A stretch of 64,000 bases of DNA from an uncultured Candidatus Saccharibacteria bacterium (GTDB taxonomy: Bacteria; Patescibacteriota; Minisyncoccia; Phycocordibacterales; UBA5272). How positions within the stretch are numbered: the first letter of the stretch is position 1; the number at the start of each line of letters is the position of its first letter. The notes under the pieces are model-generated. The model was not told the DNA's origin and did not search any database. It saw only the letters and a program-made list of their open reading frames with translations. The position numbers were made by a program, and so were the translations under genes. Positions 46,566 to 57,261 of this stretch are shown here, one piece after another. The stretch covers positions 36,810 to 100,809 of the forward strand of contig CAYXKW010000001.1 of assembly GCA_964464695.1 (NCBI GenBank), given 5' to 3'.

Positions 46566-46841
46566 GAGTAACTCCAAGGTTGTAGTAAAAGAACAAATGC
46601 ATCACATTATGTGATGCATTGTAATTCCTTATTTATTTATCGTAGGTGTTATAACGACGTACCCAGCATCACACAATGAGAAAATCCCGAAAGGACGAAG
46701 GTCCCTCGCGCGATTGACTGCATATTGCAATGTGGTTTATGATAGTAAGCCATATTTTATTTATAACCTGTATATAATTGCTTGTCAAGTTTTACTATTT
46801 GTCGTGTTTATTGTAGAGTAGTATTGACGCTCCTTCATACT

Positions 46842-46896
46842 AGTAGTCACAGCTATAAGTTCCTTACACAATAAGGCTTTTATAGCTGTGACTACT
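46842..46896. repeat. Long hairpin: perfect 17-bp inverted repeat with 21-nt loop
   Basis: agtagtcacagctataa ... ttatagctgtgactact. Intergenic, upstream of the 46950 gene. A second palindrome (atgcatcaca-ttat-gtgatgcat) is at 46597-46621. Confidence 0.75.
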
Positions 46897-46949
46897 TAGG
46901 ATTTCTTCCAAGTTCATGCAGAAGCAACTACTCGTCATAAGGAGATTTC

Positions 46950-47402
46950 ATGTCTACAAAAAACCAGTCCATAACATACGTTGAAGTACTGCGTGGAAAA
47001 CATGTGCTTGATCGTATGGTTGATGAAATACTGTCAGTCTATTCTTTGCTCCAGTATCTGACAAAGCCGAAGATTGAAGAAATATTTGAATCCAGAGGGT
47101 CAGAGCCAACAGTTGTTCATTGGATTGATGCTATGGACTTTCAGTGGAGAGTTACTCTCTATCATCCAGAAAAATCAAATGGTATGGAAGTTGATTTCAT
47201 AGCAGGTCCAGCCCTTGTTGCAGAACTAAAGGGAGACGGTCTGTTAATACAAAGAACAGCCTACCAAATTGTCCCGTTGATGCACAGTCAACTACAAGCG
47301 CTCCTCGATGGAATGGTGAAGATTGTTCCGGAGCTTGCTCAGGATTTAGTCGGGTATCAAACCCTTGGTAATGAACTCAGTTTTATGCAAATCGAAACTT
47401 GA
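46950..47402 (+). CDS. Hypothetical protein (150 aa)
   Basis: Clean ORF with a terminator immediately downstream. No known motif. Confidence 0.45.
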   Translation: MSTKNQSITYVEVLRGKHVLDRMVDEILSVYSLLQYLTKPKIEEIFESRGSEPTVVHWIDAMDFQWRVTLYHPEKSNGMEVDFIAGPALVAELKGDGLLIQRTAYQIVPLMHSQLQALLDGMVKIVPELAQDLVGYQTLGNELSFMQIET

Positions 47403-47411
47403 ATGTCAGTG

Positions 47412-47441
47412 GCCCGAGTACTCAAAACTCGGGCTTTTTTT
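47412..47441 (+). terminator. Rho-independent terminator
   Basis: gcccgagt-actcaaa-actcgggc followed by ttttttt. Confidence 0.75.
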
Positions 47442-47512
47442 ATATCATAATTTAATTTAGCTCACTTTATAAAAGTACGCTATAATGGCATGCATATATA
47501 TTATTTAAAACT

Positions 47513-47848
47513 ATGGAAACAACACAATTACAGATAGAAGATGAAGAAGTGGGAACAGGGGCAGAAGCCGTAGCTGGTGCTGAAGTAACCGTGCATTATA
47601 TCGGTACTCTCACTGACGGGACAGTTTTTGACGCTTCACGAAATCGTGGAGATGAGGGGTTTTCTTTTAAGCTTGGCGCAGGACAGGTCATCAAAGGATG
47701 GGACCAAGGTGTCGCAGGTATGAAAATTGGAGGCAAGCGAAAGCTTACAATTCCATCTGATCTTGCATATGGGGATCGTGCTGTCGGTGGGGTTATTCCA
47801 GCTAAGGCTACGCTTATTTTTGAGGTTGAGTTACTGGAGGTTAGGTAG
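47513..47848 (+). CDS. FKBP-type peptidyl-prolyl cis-trans isomerase
   Basis: [43 protein letters not shown] and LAYG match the FKBP core. Confidence 0.88.
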   Translation: METTQLQIEDEEVGTGAEAVAGAEVTVHYIGTLTDGTVFDASRNRGDEGFSFKLGAGQVIKGWDQGVAGMKIGGKRKLTIPSDLAYGDRAVGGVIPAKATLIFEVELLEVR

Positions 47849-47876
47849 AGAAGGGGGGGTAGGGAAGAATATAACA

Positions 47877-47906
47877 AAGCGCAGCCGTAGGCTGCGCTTT
47901 GTTATT
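47877..47906 (+). terminator. Rho-independent terminator
   Basis: aaagcgcagc-cgtag-gctgcgcttt followed by gttatttt. Confidence 0.7.
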
Positions 47907-47969
47907 TTACTGTGCCTTGTGTGTTAACAATGAAGTGCGAGTACATTTTCAGTGATATACTTGTTGCAT

Positions 47970-49022
47970 ATGAACTGGAATACATTTGTAGAAAATTGGA
48001 AGTCGTTTTCTTTAGTAAGAAAAATTATTTTGTGTGTTGTTGGAGTGGTTATTGCTGTTGTCGTTTTACTAGTTATCTCTTTTATTAAGGCATCTTTTGG
48101 GCATTCTATGAACCTTTCTCAAGGCGGAATGGTGCCATCAATGTCTTTGCCGGCATCAAGACAGCCTTCTTATGAAGGAGCAAGCAGTATGGCGTATTCT
48201 AAAGTCGCTTACGATTCATATGGTGGCACTATCGGTAGTAGTCCGATTGTATATGATCAAGCAGTGGCAACATCCGATGCTGAACTATTTGAAGTAACTT
48301 CGTATCAAGCAACAATCGAGTCACGAACAATGGAGGAAGATTGTCTAACGGTTCAAAATCTTAAAGCAGATGATGCTATTATTTTCCTCTCTTCAAATGT
48401 TGGAAAGACATCGTGCTCATTTACTTTTAAAGCAAAGAAATCCTCTACACAAAAAGCTCTCGATGCAATTAATGGACTTGATCCAAAACAGTTAACAGAA
48501 AATGTTCACACTATTGAAGATACGCTTATTAATTACGACAGAAGAAAAGTGATCTTAGAGAATAAACTAAAAACTATCGATAGTATTTTGACAGAAGCAG
48601 TAGCGTCGTATCAGGAGGTATCGCGTCTTGCTATTCAGACAGGAAGTGTGACAAATCTCCGCCAAGCTATCAATGATAAAGTAGATATTGTTGAACGACT
48701 TACACAAAAGAAACTTGCGATAGAACAAGAGCTCTCGTCTATTAGTAATTCAAGTTCTTCAGATTTGGACGAGACGAATTACGCGCAATTTAGTGTCTAT
48801 ATTGTAAAAGATACGTACATTGATAAAGATGGTCTTGTTAGTTCATGGAAGAGTGAGATAAAGAGACTTGTGAGAGAAATAAATAATTCAATACAAGCAA
48901 TTACTATTGGCTTCTTGAGTATATTATTTGTTATTGTTAAGTACATCTTGTACTTGTTAGTAACGGTGGTACTACTTAAATATCTTAAGAAGATAATTGT
49001 CATGATTTGGAATAAGGAGTAA
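47970..49022 (+). CDS. DUF4349-like envelope protein (N-terminal TM, coiled coil, C-terminal TM)
   Basis: ATG at 47970; the ORF-track start at 47952 is GTG. Architecture resembles DUF4349 proteins. Confidence 0.45.
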   Translation: MNWNTFVENWKSFSLVRKIILCVVGVVIAVVVLLVISFIKASFGHSMNLSQGGMVPSMSLPASRQPSYEGASSMAYSKVAYDSYGGTIGSSPIVYDQAVATSDAELFEVTSYQATIESRTMEEDCLTVQNLKADDAIIFLSSNVGKTSCSFTFKAKKSSTQKALDAINGLDPKQLTENVHTIEDTLINYDRRKVILENKLKTIDSILTEAVASYQEVSRLAIQTGSVTNLRQAINDKVDIVERLTQKKLAIEQELSSISNSSSSDLDETNYAQFSVYIVKDTYIDKDGLVSSWKSEIKRLVREINNSIQAITIGFLSILFVIVKYILYLLVTVVLLKYLKKIIVMIWNKE

Positions 49023-49173
49023 ATCTAGAGTAAACAAAAAAACAAGGAAAATATTCCTTGTTTTTTTGTTTATGCATATTTGGCAAAAGCTCAATATGTG
49101 GTAATTCCTATAGGAATGTCTGGAAAGCTTTGTACCACTACCACTAACTACAAGCCACTGGTATACTATCCAT

Positions 49174-50118
49174 ATGATGAAAGTCTCACAAAGTCTACCA
49201 GACATTGCCGTACTTCGTGGAGGTGCAAAAAATTTTAAACAATCTCTGCAAGAAGGAGCAGAGGTATTGTCGTCACTTACAAAAATAGGGTATGAACCAG
49301 TTGATGTTCTTATTGATAAAGAAGGGGGGTGGACTTCACACGGTGCACCAACAGACGCACATAAAGTGTATACAAAGGCTCATACTATTATTGACACCAC
49401 AAGAATGAGAGGTGAAGAATATCAAGCTCTTGCAAAAAAAATGCAGATAAGTTTAATCTTTTCTGAAGATCAGACCATGTCGCTTAATCGTGAAGATCTG
49501 TACAGAATTTTACGTCAACAAGATATTAAAGTTCCTGACACGTTCGTTGTCCGTGCAAAAGCACCGCTGGAATCTTCAGTGTTTCGTGAATTATGGACTC
49601 GATTCCATACACCACTACTCATTAGACCACTTCATCAAAATGGTAACATGCCGTCAAAAATAGTACGCATGTTCCATGACCTTGAAAAAGCATTAACGGA
49701 ATATCATGAACAAGGAATAGATACTCATGTTCTTACGTACAGGAAGTTGCCAACAACTTCTCTTGCAGTGTTGCCTAACTTTAGAAATCAAAAAGTGTAC
49801 ACTCCGATGTGGGTTGATACATTCCCAGAAGATGGAAGTTTACCAAACAAGGAAGCCCGTATGCAACCGCATATGCAAGCCCCAGAATTTAGAAAAGAAA
49901 ACATGAGGTCTTTGGCAACCAAAGTCTATACTGCGCTCGGATTAACTACTCCTGCATGTATTGATTTTATACATCACAACAATGAGTTCGTTGTTGTGAA
50001 CATTGATCTTAATCCTTCGCTTCGAAAAGATGGGAGATTTGCACAGTCACTCAACACAACTGGAGTTGATGTTGGACACTACGTGCATGAGTGTATTAAA
50101 AGAGACAATGAATTCTAG
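49174..50118 (+). CDS. Divergent D-alanine--D-alanine ligase-like (ATP-grasp) protein
   Basis: N-terminal IAVLRGGAKNFKQSLQEGAEVLSSLTKIGYEPV resembles the Ddl N-domain. C-terminal VVNIDLNPSL...GVDVGHYV resembles the Ddl C-domain. Central ATP-grasp motifs are poorly conserved, so it may be inactive or divergent. Confidence 0.5.
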   Translation: MMKVSQSLPDIAVLRGGAKNFKQSLQEGAEVLSSLTKIGYEPVDVLIDKEGGWTSHGAPTDAHKVYTKAHTIIDTTRMRGEEYQALAKKMQISLIFSEDQTMSLNREDLYRILRQQDIKVPDTFVVRAKAPLESSVFRELWTRFHTPLLIRPLHQNGNMPSKIVRMFHDLEKALTEYHEQGIDTHVLTYRKLPTTSLAVLPNFRNQKVYTPMWVDTFPEDGSLPNKEARMQPHMQAPEFRKENMRSLATKVYTALGLTTPACIDFIHHNNEFVVVNIDLNPSLRKDGRFAQSLNTTGVDVGHYVHECIKRDNEF

Positions 50119-50232
50119 AGATAAAAGATTAGTAAGTTTGATTCTAGGGTTACCGGTGATAATACTTGTTGTAATGTACTGTGTTCAGTATTTCTTAGCG
50201 TAATTACAAATATTTTAAAACATAGCAAAGTA

Positions 50233-50264
50233 AAAACCGCCCCTCTGGTAAGTATGGCGGTTTC
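50233..50264 (+). terminator. Hairpin terminator sharing loop motif with 19347-19380
   Basis: aaaccgcc-cctctggtaagtat-ggcggttt. Confidence 0.45.
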
Positions 50265-50703
50265 TACTGTTTCTTATTACTAAAAGTTTTAAGAGACGTC
50301 TTTGTTTGATGCGCACGGTTGCTTCCTAAGCTTAATCGCGACAACTTTTTGAGCTATCTTTGTTTAAGACCTGAGACGAACCCGTCTTGTCAGTCCTACA
50401 TTTCTTGTTACAGAAGCATAGTACCTTACAGTTGTTTTTGAAGCCGCATCTGCTTTTTATCGGCATCGATATTGTAGTTATATTAATCATATAAAGTTAA
50501 TAAGGCTTTATATTTTCATAAAACTCATCGTATCTATAGACTTCAAGGATTGTCGTTTATGACACTCTCTTTCTATATAAAATTGCTGATAATGAAACAA
50601 CTGCCTACGGATAAGTGTAACAACACTGCGTGATATACTCAAGTGATAAAGTGTAAGTTATTCACACTTTCTGAATTTTATATACAAAGTCTATTTTCGT
50701 ACA

Positions 50704-51552
50704 ATGAAAGCATTAGGAGAAGAAAAACTGCCAATAAGAAAAAATAGTACAACTACGAGAAAATTAAAGGAAGATTTGGAGTTTATAAATGACGTCATTG
50801 CTTACTACCAAAATCACGGTAGACATGAACTAGTATGGAGGAAAAAAATCTCAGCATATAAAATACTTGTTAGTGAGGTAATGTTACAACAAACACAAGT
50901 ATCTCGAGTTACACCAAAATTCATTGAGTGGATGAAAAAATATCCAACCCTCACTTCATTTGCAAAAACAAATTTAAGAGAAGTGTTACTACTATGGCAA
51001 GGACTGGGGTATCAAAGACGAGCAAAAGCATTACTTCAGATAGCTATAACTACAAAAAAATTACCTCAAACGTACGAAGCATTATTATTACTTCCAGGTA
51101 TTGGGCCATACACCGCGTCTGCAATCTGTGCTTTTGCATACGATACATTTAGTCATCCTGTTTTAGAAACAAATATACGAACTGCTCTCATTGAGTATTT
51201 TTATCAGAGTGAAGATGCTGTTCATGATGGTTTGCTGTATGATACATTGTCACGATTAGAAAAAAATAAAAAAGTAAGATCCCTAGGTGCTAGGGATTGG
51301 TATTATGCGCTTATGGATTTTGGAGCTTATCTTAAGTCTCAAAAAATTTCTCATAATAAAAAAAGTCTACATCACGTCACCCAGTCACCATACAAAGGGT
51401 CGTCACGAGAACTGCGAGCAAAAGTGTTATTTGCAATTACACATAACGTTGCATTGCCAGCTGACGAAAGACTCGCTAGCGTACTTCAAGAATTAACTAT
51501 AGAAAAATTTATTATCATTAAAAATAAAAAGTACCAGTTGGTGGACTTTTAA
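50704..51552 (+). CDS. HhH-GPD superfamily DNA glycosylase (MutY/Nth-like) without Fe-S cluster cysteines
   Basis: HhH-GPD motif LLLLPGIGPYTASAICAFAYD with catalytic Asp. No C-x6-C-x2-C-x5-C cluster in the C-terminus. Confidence 0.75.
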   Translation: MKALGEEKLPIRKNSTTTRKLKEDLEFINDVIAYYQNHGRHELVWRKKISAYKILVSEVMLQQTQVSRVTPKFIEWMKKYPTLTSFAKTNLREVLLLWQGLGYQRRAKALLQIAITTKKLPQTYEALLLLPGIGPYTASAICAFAYDTFSHPVLETNIRTALIEYFYQSEDAVHDGLLYDTLSRLEKNKKVRSLGARDWYYALMDFGAYLKSQKISHNKKSLHHVTQSPYKGSSRELRAKVLFAITHNVALPADERLASVLQELTIEKFIIIKNKKYQLVDF

Positions 51553-52238
51553 GCTAGTTCACAATCCTTAAGAAGGGTGTCGATTTGTTTTGGAGTTAAT
51601 GTGTGAACAGCTTTTGCTTTTAGGCCATGAATCACAAAGGACATAATTCGTACACGTTTAAGTGAGACCACTGTTAAGTTAAGTGCATTAAGCATTCTAC
51701 GAATTTCATGCTTCTTACCCTCAGTAAGAATAATCTTAAGAGAGTAACCTTCATTGTAGATAGTGACTGCCTTTACAGGAGCATATTGAGCTTCCTGAGT
51801 CTTAATACCTTTTTTAAGGAGTGTGATTACTCGAGGGGTTGCTTTCTCTCGAATAACGACATCATACTCTTTCTCTCGGGCAAATTTTGGGTTAAGAAGG
51901 GCATCAACAACTCGATAGTCATTACTGTATAAGAGTAAACCTTCACTTTCTTTGTCGAGTCTTCCAAGAGGTTCGCATCCTGGTAACTCAGGGATCCTTC
52001 CAGTAACTGCCCCACGTGGTTTATGGTACAGAGCGTAGACTTTATCTTTTTCTACAACCTTAACAGTTATGATGTCTTTTGCTCTTACTTTACTTCCGAG
52101 CGTTGCTACTACTTTGTTGATAGTTACGTAACCTTTTGAGATGTAGTCATCAATTGTTCTTCGTGACCCGATACCCTCATCTCTGAGAAGTACATTGATA
52201 CGTATTGGTTCTTTATTTGTTGGTTTAATTTCGATCAT
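51549..52238 (-). CDS. RsuA/RluB-family rRNA pseudouridine synthase with S4 domain
   Basis: N-terminal S4 RNA-binding domain. GRLDKESEGLLLYSNDYRV catalytic motif. Confidence 0.8.
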   Translation of the reverse strand: MIEIKPTNKEPIRINVLLRDEGIGSRRTIDDYISKGYVTINKVVATLGSKVRAKDIITVKVVEKDKVYALYHKPRGAVTGRIPELPGCEPLGRLDKESEGLLLYSNDYRVVDALLNPKFAREKEYDVVIREKATPRVITLLKKGIKTQEAQYAPVKAVTIYNEGYSLKIILTEGKKHEIRRMLNALNLTVVSLKRVRIMSFVIHGLKAKAVHTLTPKQIDTLLKDCELA

Positions 52239-52242
52239 ATTT

Positions 52243-53412
52243 TTAACGGGTATCTTTCATAGGAAGGACATACGATATACTCCATAATATAGCACATCCT
52301 AAGACAACAAACATCAGTTGAGGTCTCTCTCCAACAAATGGAGCTATGATTACTCCGACTGTTCCGACAATAAGAGTTCCTGCTCCTTGCATGTTTATAA
52401 AGAGAGCTGTGAGAGATGGATCTTCAACACCTACTTTTTTGAAATAGTAACTAAATGACATTGTCTCAACAAAGGTTGCTCCAATTCGTGATACAAAAAG
52501 AAGAAGCGCCCATACCCATAATGCCGTAGTAGAAACGGTAACAAAAAGGAAAGTTGTGACTGTGAGAATAAGCAATCCAATTATAAGCATTTCTTTTTCA
52601 CCAAATTTTTTATCAGCAAGGTATCCAAGTTCATACGGCAAAACAACAAGAGGAATTAACGCGATAGGCAGAATAATCATCATGTAACTTGTAAGTGGTA
52701 TACCTATAGCCGATAAGTAGAGCGGAGAATAAATAACCATGGTTGCGTAGAATGATTGGACAACAAGTTCACCAATCATAGCGGCTCGTAAATTTTTATT
52801 TCTAAAGGCCTCTTTTGCAGCCCCGATTATGTTTACCTGATGATAAGCAGGTTCTTTCATGTGGTGCAAGTATCGATGTAAAAAGTAGAGATACGGTATA
52901 AGCATACAAGCAGAAACCGTATATAGTACTGAAAATGAATAGTAGCGTAGTATTGCTCCTCCAATAAAAGGAGAGATAAGAATCGCTAAATTAAATATTG
53001 CCAAAAATAGCCCTCTTACACTTCCAACTCGTGCGTGTATTGTGAAGTTCTCAATAAATATATTGAGAGTAATATTGAGTAAGACTTGGAGAACAAAGTG
53101 AACTACAAAGAATACAGGTATTAAATATATGTTTTGAGTGTATCCAAAGATGGTAATGATTACCATCTCAGCAATGGCTATACCAAATGTAAATCCATAT
53201 GTGTGAAATTTTTTAACTGAACGCGCTATGTTGACTGAAGCAATGAGAGCTAAGATACTTCCAATCATGTAGATTGCACTTACGATGGATGAATTAAAGT
53301 ATGTGTGAAGATATGAGGAAGTTGCATACACTGGAATTGCATAATGTAATGCAAATAAAAAGGTCATTACATAGGTGACCATGAGTAGTTTGTTTCTAAG
53401 AATAGAATGCAT
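52243..53412 (-). CDS. MFS-family transporter
   Basis: 389 aa, about 12 TM helices in two 6-TM halves. Gly-rich loop motifs. Confidence 0.7.
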   Translation of the reverse strand: MHSILRNKLLMVTYVMTFLFALHYAIPVYATSSYLHTYFNSSIVSAIYMIGSILALIASVNIARSVKKFHTYGFTFGIAIAEMVIITIFGYTQNIYLIPVFFVVHFVLQVLLNITLNIFIENFTIHARVGSVRGLFLAIFNLAILISPFIGGAILRYYSFSVLYTVSACMLIPYLYFLHRYLHHMKEPAYHQVNIIGAAKEAFRNKNLRAAMIGELVVQSFYATMVIYSPLYLSAIGIPLTSYMMIILPIALIPLVVLPYELGYLADKKFGEKEMLIIGLLILTVTTFLFVTVSTTALWVWALLLFVSRIGATFVETMSFSYYFKKVGVEDPSLTALFINMQGAGTLIVGTVGVIIAPFVGERPQLMFVVLGCAILWSISYVLPMKDTR

Positions 53413-53565
53413 AGATGTTTACATTATATCAGTCTATAGAGGAGATACGTAGGTAGTTCTGTTGATAGGAGGCAGACAGTAAAGTCTTTGTTAAATAATA
53501 TATCCGAATCTAAAAAGTGACCACGTTGTGATCACTTTTTAGATTCTTTAGATTACAAAGAAGGC

Positions 53566-55488
53566 TTACACACTAATAATCACAGGAATAATTACTGGAC
53601 GTTTAGCGGTTTTCTGAAGAAGGAATTTAGTTGTTGCTTCCGCGACATCTTGCTTCATTTGATCAAGATTGGTATAGCCACCGTGAGCAAGTGAGTCATC
53701 AATTACTTTTTTAGTGAGAAGACGAGTCTGGTAGAGTAGGTCTTGAGATTCTTTAAGGTATACAAAACCACGAGAGATAAGGTCAGGTGATTTTTTGAGG
53801 GTATGTGTGTGGCTGTCGATAACACCAATCACAACAAACATCCCGTCTTCTGCAAGCGTTTGTCTGTCACGCATAACAACATCTTGAATTTTACCAACTG
53901 AAGTACCGTCAACCACAATCATTTCACTAGGAGCTTTTTCTTTTATTGCGACAATTGCATTTCCTTCATTTCTAATTTCTATTACCATACCATTATCTGG
54001 GATGACAATATTTTCTTCACTCATACCAAGTTTACGCTCTAAGTCAGCGTGCACTCGGAGCATATAGTGATATCCGTGAACAGGTATGAAAAACTTAGGA
54101 TGAATTTTTCGGTGAATCCAATTGAGCTCGTCTGCGTTAGCGTGACCTGAAGAGTGGACATCGGATGTTTTGTAGTGAATAAGGTGGGCACCTTGTCTTG
54201 ATAGTTTATCTTTAAGATTTTGAACGGCTCGTTCATTTCCTGGAACAACAGAAGAAGACATGAGAATCGTGTCACGAGGGGTCAGACGAATAAACTTGTG
54301 AGTCTTACTTGCAATTCTTCCTAGAGCAGCAAATTCCTCTCCTTGTTGTCCTGTTGCAAGGATAATTAATTTATTCTCAGGGTATCTAACAATATCTTCA
54401 AGAGTGATGAGTGTCTCAGGTTTAACTTTAAGCATGTCTGCGAGTTTAGCGATCTCGACGTTAGTCTTCATACTTCTTCCTTCGACAACAACCTTTTTAC
54501 CGTATCTTTCAGCTGTTTCTAACATGAAAAGCATACGCTCAACCTGAGATGCAAAAGTACTAATAATAAGTCTTCCAGGAGTTTCTCTAATAATAGTTTC
54601 AATATTTTTATAAACAACGGTATCTGAAATCGAAAAGCCAGGATTTTCACAGTTAGTTGAGTCTGCCATTAAAAGAAGAGTCTTTCGGTCTTCAAATACT
54701 TTATAGCGTTCTACTTCATCATCAGTAGGTATTCCTTCATTATGTTCTAGTCGAAGGTCTCCCGTGTGAACGATATCTCCGTATGGAGTTTCAATCATGA
54801 TTCCCATTGAGTCTGGAATAGCATGTGTTACACCGAAAAAACGTACTTTTAAGTCACCGAAAGTTATTGCATCACCTTTTTCAACAACGTTGATAGTAAG
54901 CGGCGCTAAATGGGGGAATTCCTCTTGACGCTTCTTTATCATAAGTGATGTGAAAAGTCGTGCGTAAATCTGAGGGTTACCAATACGAGGCATGATGTAA
55001 GGAATAGACCCGATATGATCAAGGTGACCATGAGTAACTAGCACTCCTTTAATCTTATGCTTGTGTTCTTCAAGGTAGCGAGTGTTTGGCAAAATGAAAT
55101 CAATCCCAGGAGTACTTGTTTCTGTAAATTGAACACCACAATCCACCATGATGATAGTATCCTTATATTCAACAAGACTCATATTTCTTCCAATTTCTTC
55201 AACACCACCAAGATGAATGATACGGATGTCACCATCTTTTAAAGGAGGGATGTGGTCGGTCTCTCTCTTTCCTGTGACGGTAGTGTCAAATTTAGGGCCA
55301 ACCATTGATCGTGGAGGGCGGCTATTGCGTGACCTGTTGTTACCACCTGTGCGAGGGAAGCGGTCTCCTTGTCGTTTAAATGGAGCTGAAGATGGACCAG
55401 TTTCAGGTGTCTCGCTTGTAGTGACCTCTGAAGTATTTGTAGCTTCAGGTACTATTTCATTTGTTGTGTCTTGTGTAATTGGGTTCAT
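53566..55488 (-). CDS. rnj: Ribonuclease J (beta-CASP metallo-beta-lactamase) with disordered N-terminal extension
   Basis: HGHLDHIG. beta-CASP and C-terminal domain. About 90-aa Thr/Pro/Arg-rich N-terminal leader. Confidence 0.9.
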   Translation of the reverse strand: MNPITQDTTNEIVPEATNTSEVTTSETPETGPSSAPFKRQGDRFPRTGGNNRSRNSRPPRSMVGPKFDTTVTGKRETDHIPPLKDGDIRIIHLGGVEEIGRNMSLVEYKDTIIMVDCGVQFTETSTPGIDFILPNTRYLEEHKHKIKGVLVTHGHLDHIGSIPYIMPRIGNPQIYARLFTSLMIKKRQEEFPHLAPLTINVVEKGDAITFGDLKVRFFGVTHAIPDSMGIMIETPYGDIVHTGDLRLEHNEGIPTDDEVERYKVFEDRKTLLLMADSTNCENPGFSISDTVVYKNIETIIRETPGRLIISTFASQVERMLFMLETAERYGKKVVVEGRSMKTNVEIAKLADMLKVKPETLITLEDIVRYPENKLIILATGQQGEEFAALGRIASKTHKFIRLTPRDTILMSSSVVPGNERAVQNLKDKLSRQGAHLIHYKTSDVHSSGHANADELNWIHRKIHPKFFIPVHGYHYMLRVHADLERKLGMSEENIVIPDNGMVIEIRNEGNAIVAIKEKAPSEMIVVDGTSVGKIQDVVMRDRQTLAEDGMFVVIGVIDSHTHTLKKSPDLISRGFVYLKESQDLLYQTRLLTKKVIDDSLAHGGYTNLDQMKQDVAEATTKFLLQKTAKRPVIIPVIISV

Positions 55489-55505
55489 ATTTGTAATGTT
55501 ATTTT

Positions 55506-57233
55506 TTAATGGATACTATTTTGAATTGTTTCTAATAATGGTTTGTAATATGCTTTTGGCCAAACGTTATCTGTATACCTATACCAACTTTCAACAAGCA
55601 TAAAACGAGAAGCGTTATCGTAACTATAAAGTGGTAGAGTCGAAATATTTTTATCATTTGTTATGTAAATGAGTGAAGGTGCAAATAGAAATATCCCAGG
55701 GATTTCTTCATTGAATTCTGTTCGAACAGCTTCATAGGCAGTTAAGCGCTCCTCCTCGCTATTACTTGCTCGTAAAATTTCAAGATTTTTATCAAGCTCT
55801 TTACTAACATAATTAGATATATTTAATCCCGGGTATGATCGTTGTGAAGAGTGCCAGAAAGCGTAAAGATCAGAAGGAGACTCAGTAATTGCTCCGAAAA
55901 GTAAAACCTGGAAATCTCTCTCTTTGATAATATTTTGGTTAAGATCAGAAACATCGTAGATAGCAATTGTTGCAGTCACTCCAATTTTTTCCCAATCAGC
56001 TTTTATCATCTCAGCTACTTTTTTCATCTCATCTGTATTTGCGGTTGCAAGAGTGATTTCTAGAGTGCTCGAAGCGGCCTTGATTGCTTTACTTTTTACA
56101 AGCAGGGTACGAGCACCTTCTGTGTTGTACTCTGATGGGGTTTCTTCAGGGTCAAAAGGGTATGGAGTATTGATAACTTTTCCATATTTAAATAAAACAT
56201 TATCAACAATTGCTTGCTTGTTGATCGCCATTTGTAATGCTGCCCTGACATTCTTGTCAGCTAGAGGTGTTGATTTATTTGGGTTGAAAAAAATAGCAAA
56301 TGTTCGAGGTAGAAGAGATGTTTGAATTGAGCTTGTAGCAAGTCCAAGAGTGCTTACTTTTTCTGGGGATATCCCGTGTATTCTTGTGATATCTCTGTCA
56401 GTTAAAGCTTTCATCATGTACTTTTCGTTTTGGTATGTGAGTATAACGATGCTATCTATGTATGGTCTACCAAGAGTGTAGCTTTTATGTGATTTAAGAG
56501 TGAAGACTGTGGGAATACCAGACTGTGTTGAAATGTTTTCAATTTTATAAGGACCGCTTCCAATTGCGTGTATATTTAAATCACTCAAACTAATTTGGTC
56601 ATCAGTTAAATTTTTCCAGATATGTTTCGGTAAAATCCCGAGGGACAATGTTTCCATGAAAAGTGGGTAAGGTTTTTTTAGAGTAAACGTAACTTCAAAG
56701 TCATTATTTTTTTCGATAGTGATACCTTCCCATTCAATTTTATGAGGACTCTTGATTGTTGGGTTTTGTACTGCGTTAACTGTATAAATAATATCATCAG
56801 CAGTAACTTGTTCACCATCATGAAATTCTGCAGTTTTTTTGAGGATAATTGCATACCTAAGCCCATCTTCACTTTTTTCTATATTTTCAGCCATATTAAG
56901 TGAAATACTACCGTCGATATTTTTCCTCGTTAATCCTGCAAATAATAAAGCCGTAAGATCTTTATCTTGTTCAGATGAAGCAAGTATTGGGTTGATAAAA
57001 CGAGGAGTACCTATGATTCCCTCACGAATTACACCCCCATAGATTGGAACTTGTATGAGAAAACGCTTATTAAAAACAACTAATGCTGCAAAAAATAAAC
57101 AGAAACCAATACCAAACAGTACCCAAAAAGTAATAACTTTTTCAGGTGAAAGCGATCGGTAGACTACTGATATTTTTTCTTTAAAAGTAGTTATTTTTAC
57201 TTTATAGTTTGAGTTGTCCATAGTGAATTTCAC
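55506..57233 (-). CDS. ABC transporter substrate-binding protein, family 5 (peptide/nickel type)
   Basis: N-terminal TM/signal anchor, then SBP_bac_5-like fold (about 570 aa). Confidence 0.75.
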   Translation of the reverse strand: MKFTMDNSNYKVKITTFKEKISVVYRSLSPEKVITFWVLFGIGFCLFFAALVVFNKRFLIQVPIYGGVIREGIIGTPRFINPILASSEQDKDLTALLFAGLTRKNIDGSISLNMAENIEKSEDGLRYAIILKKTAEFHDGEQVTADDIIYTVNAVQNPTIKSPHKIEWEGITIEKNNDFEVTFTLKKPYPLFMETLSLGILPKHIWKNLTDDQISLSDLNIHAIGSGPYKIENISTQSGIPTVFTLKSHKSYTLGRPYIDSIVILTYQNEKYMMKALTDRDITRIHGISPEKVSTLGLATSSIQTSLLPRTFAIFFNPNKSTPLADKNVRAALQMAINKQAIVDNVLFKYGKVINTPYPFDPEETPSEYNTEGARTLLVKSKAIKAASSTLEITLATANTDEMKKVAEMIKADWEKIGVTATIAIYDVSDLNQNIIKERDFQVLLFGAITESPSDLYAFWHSSQRSYPGLNISNYVSKELDKNLEILRASNSEEERLTAYEAVRTEFNEEIPGIFLFAPSLIYITNDKNISTLPLYSYDNASRFMLVESWYRYTDNVWPKAYYKPLLETIQNSIH

Positions 57234-57261
57234 AAAAGGACTATCTATGAAGGTGCTCTGA

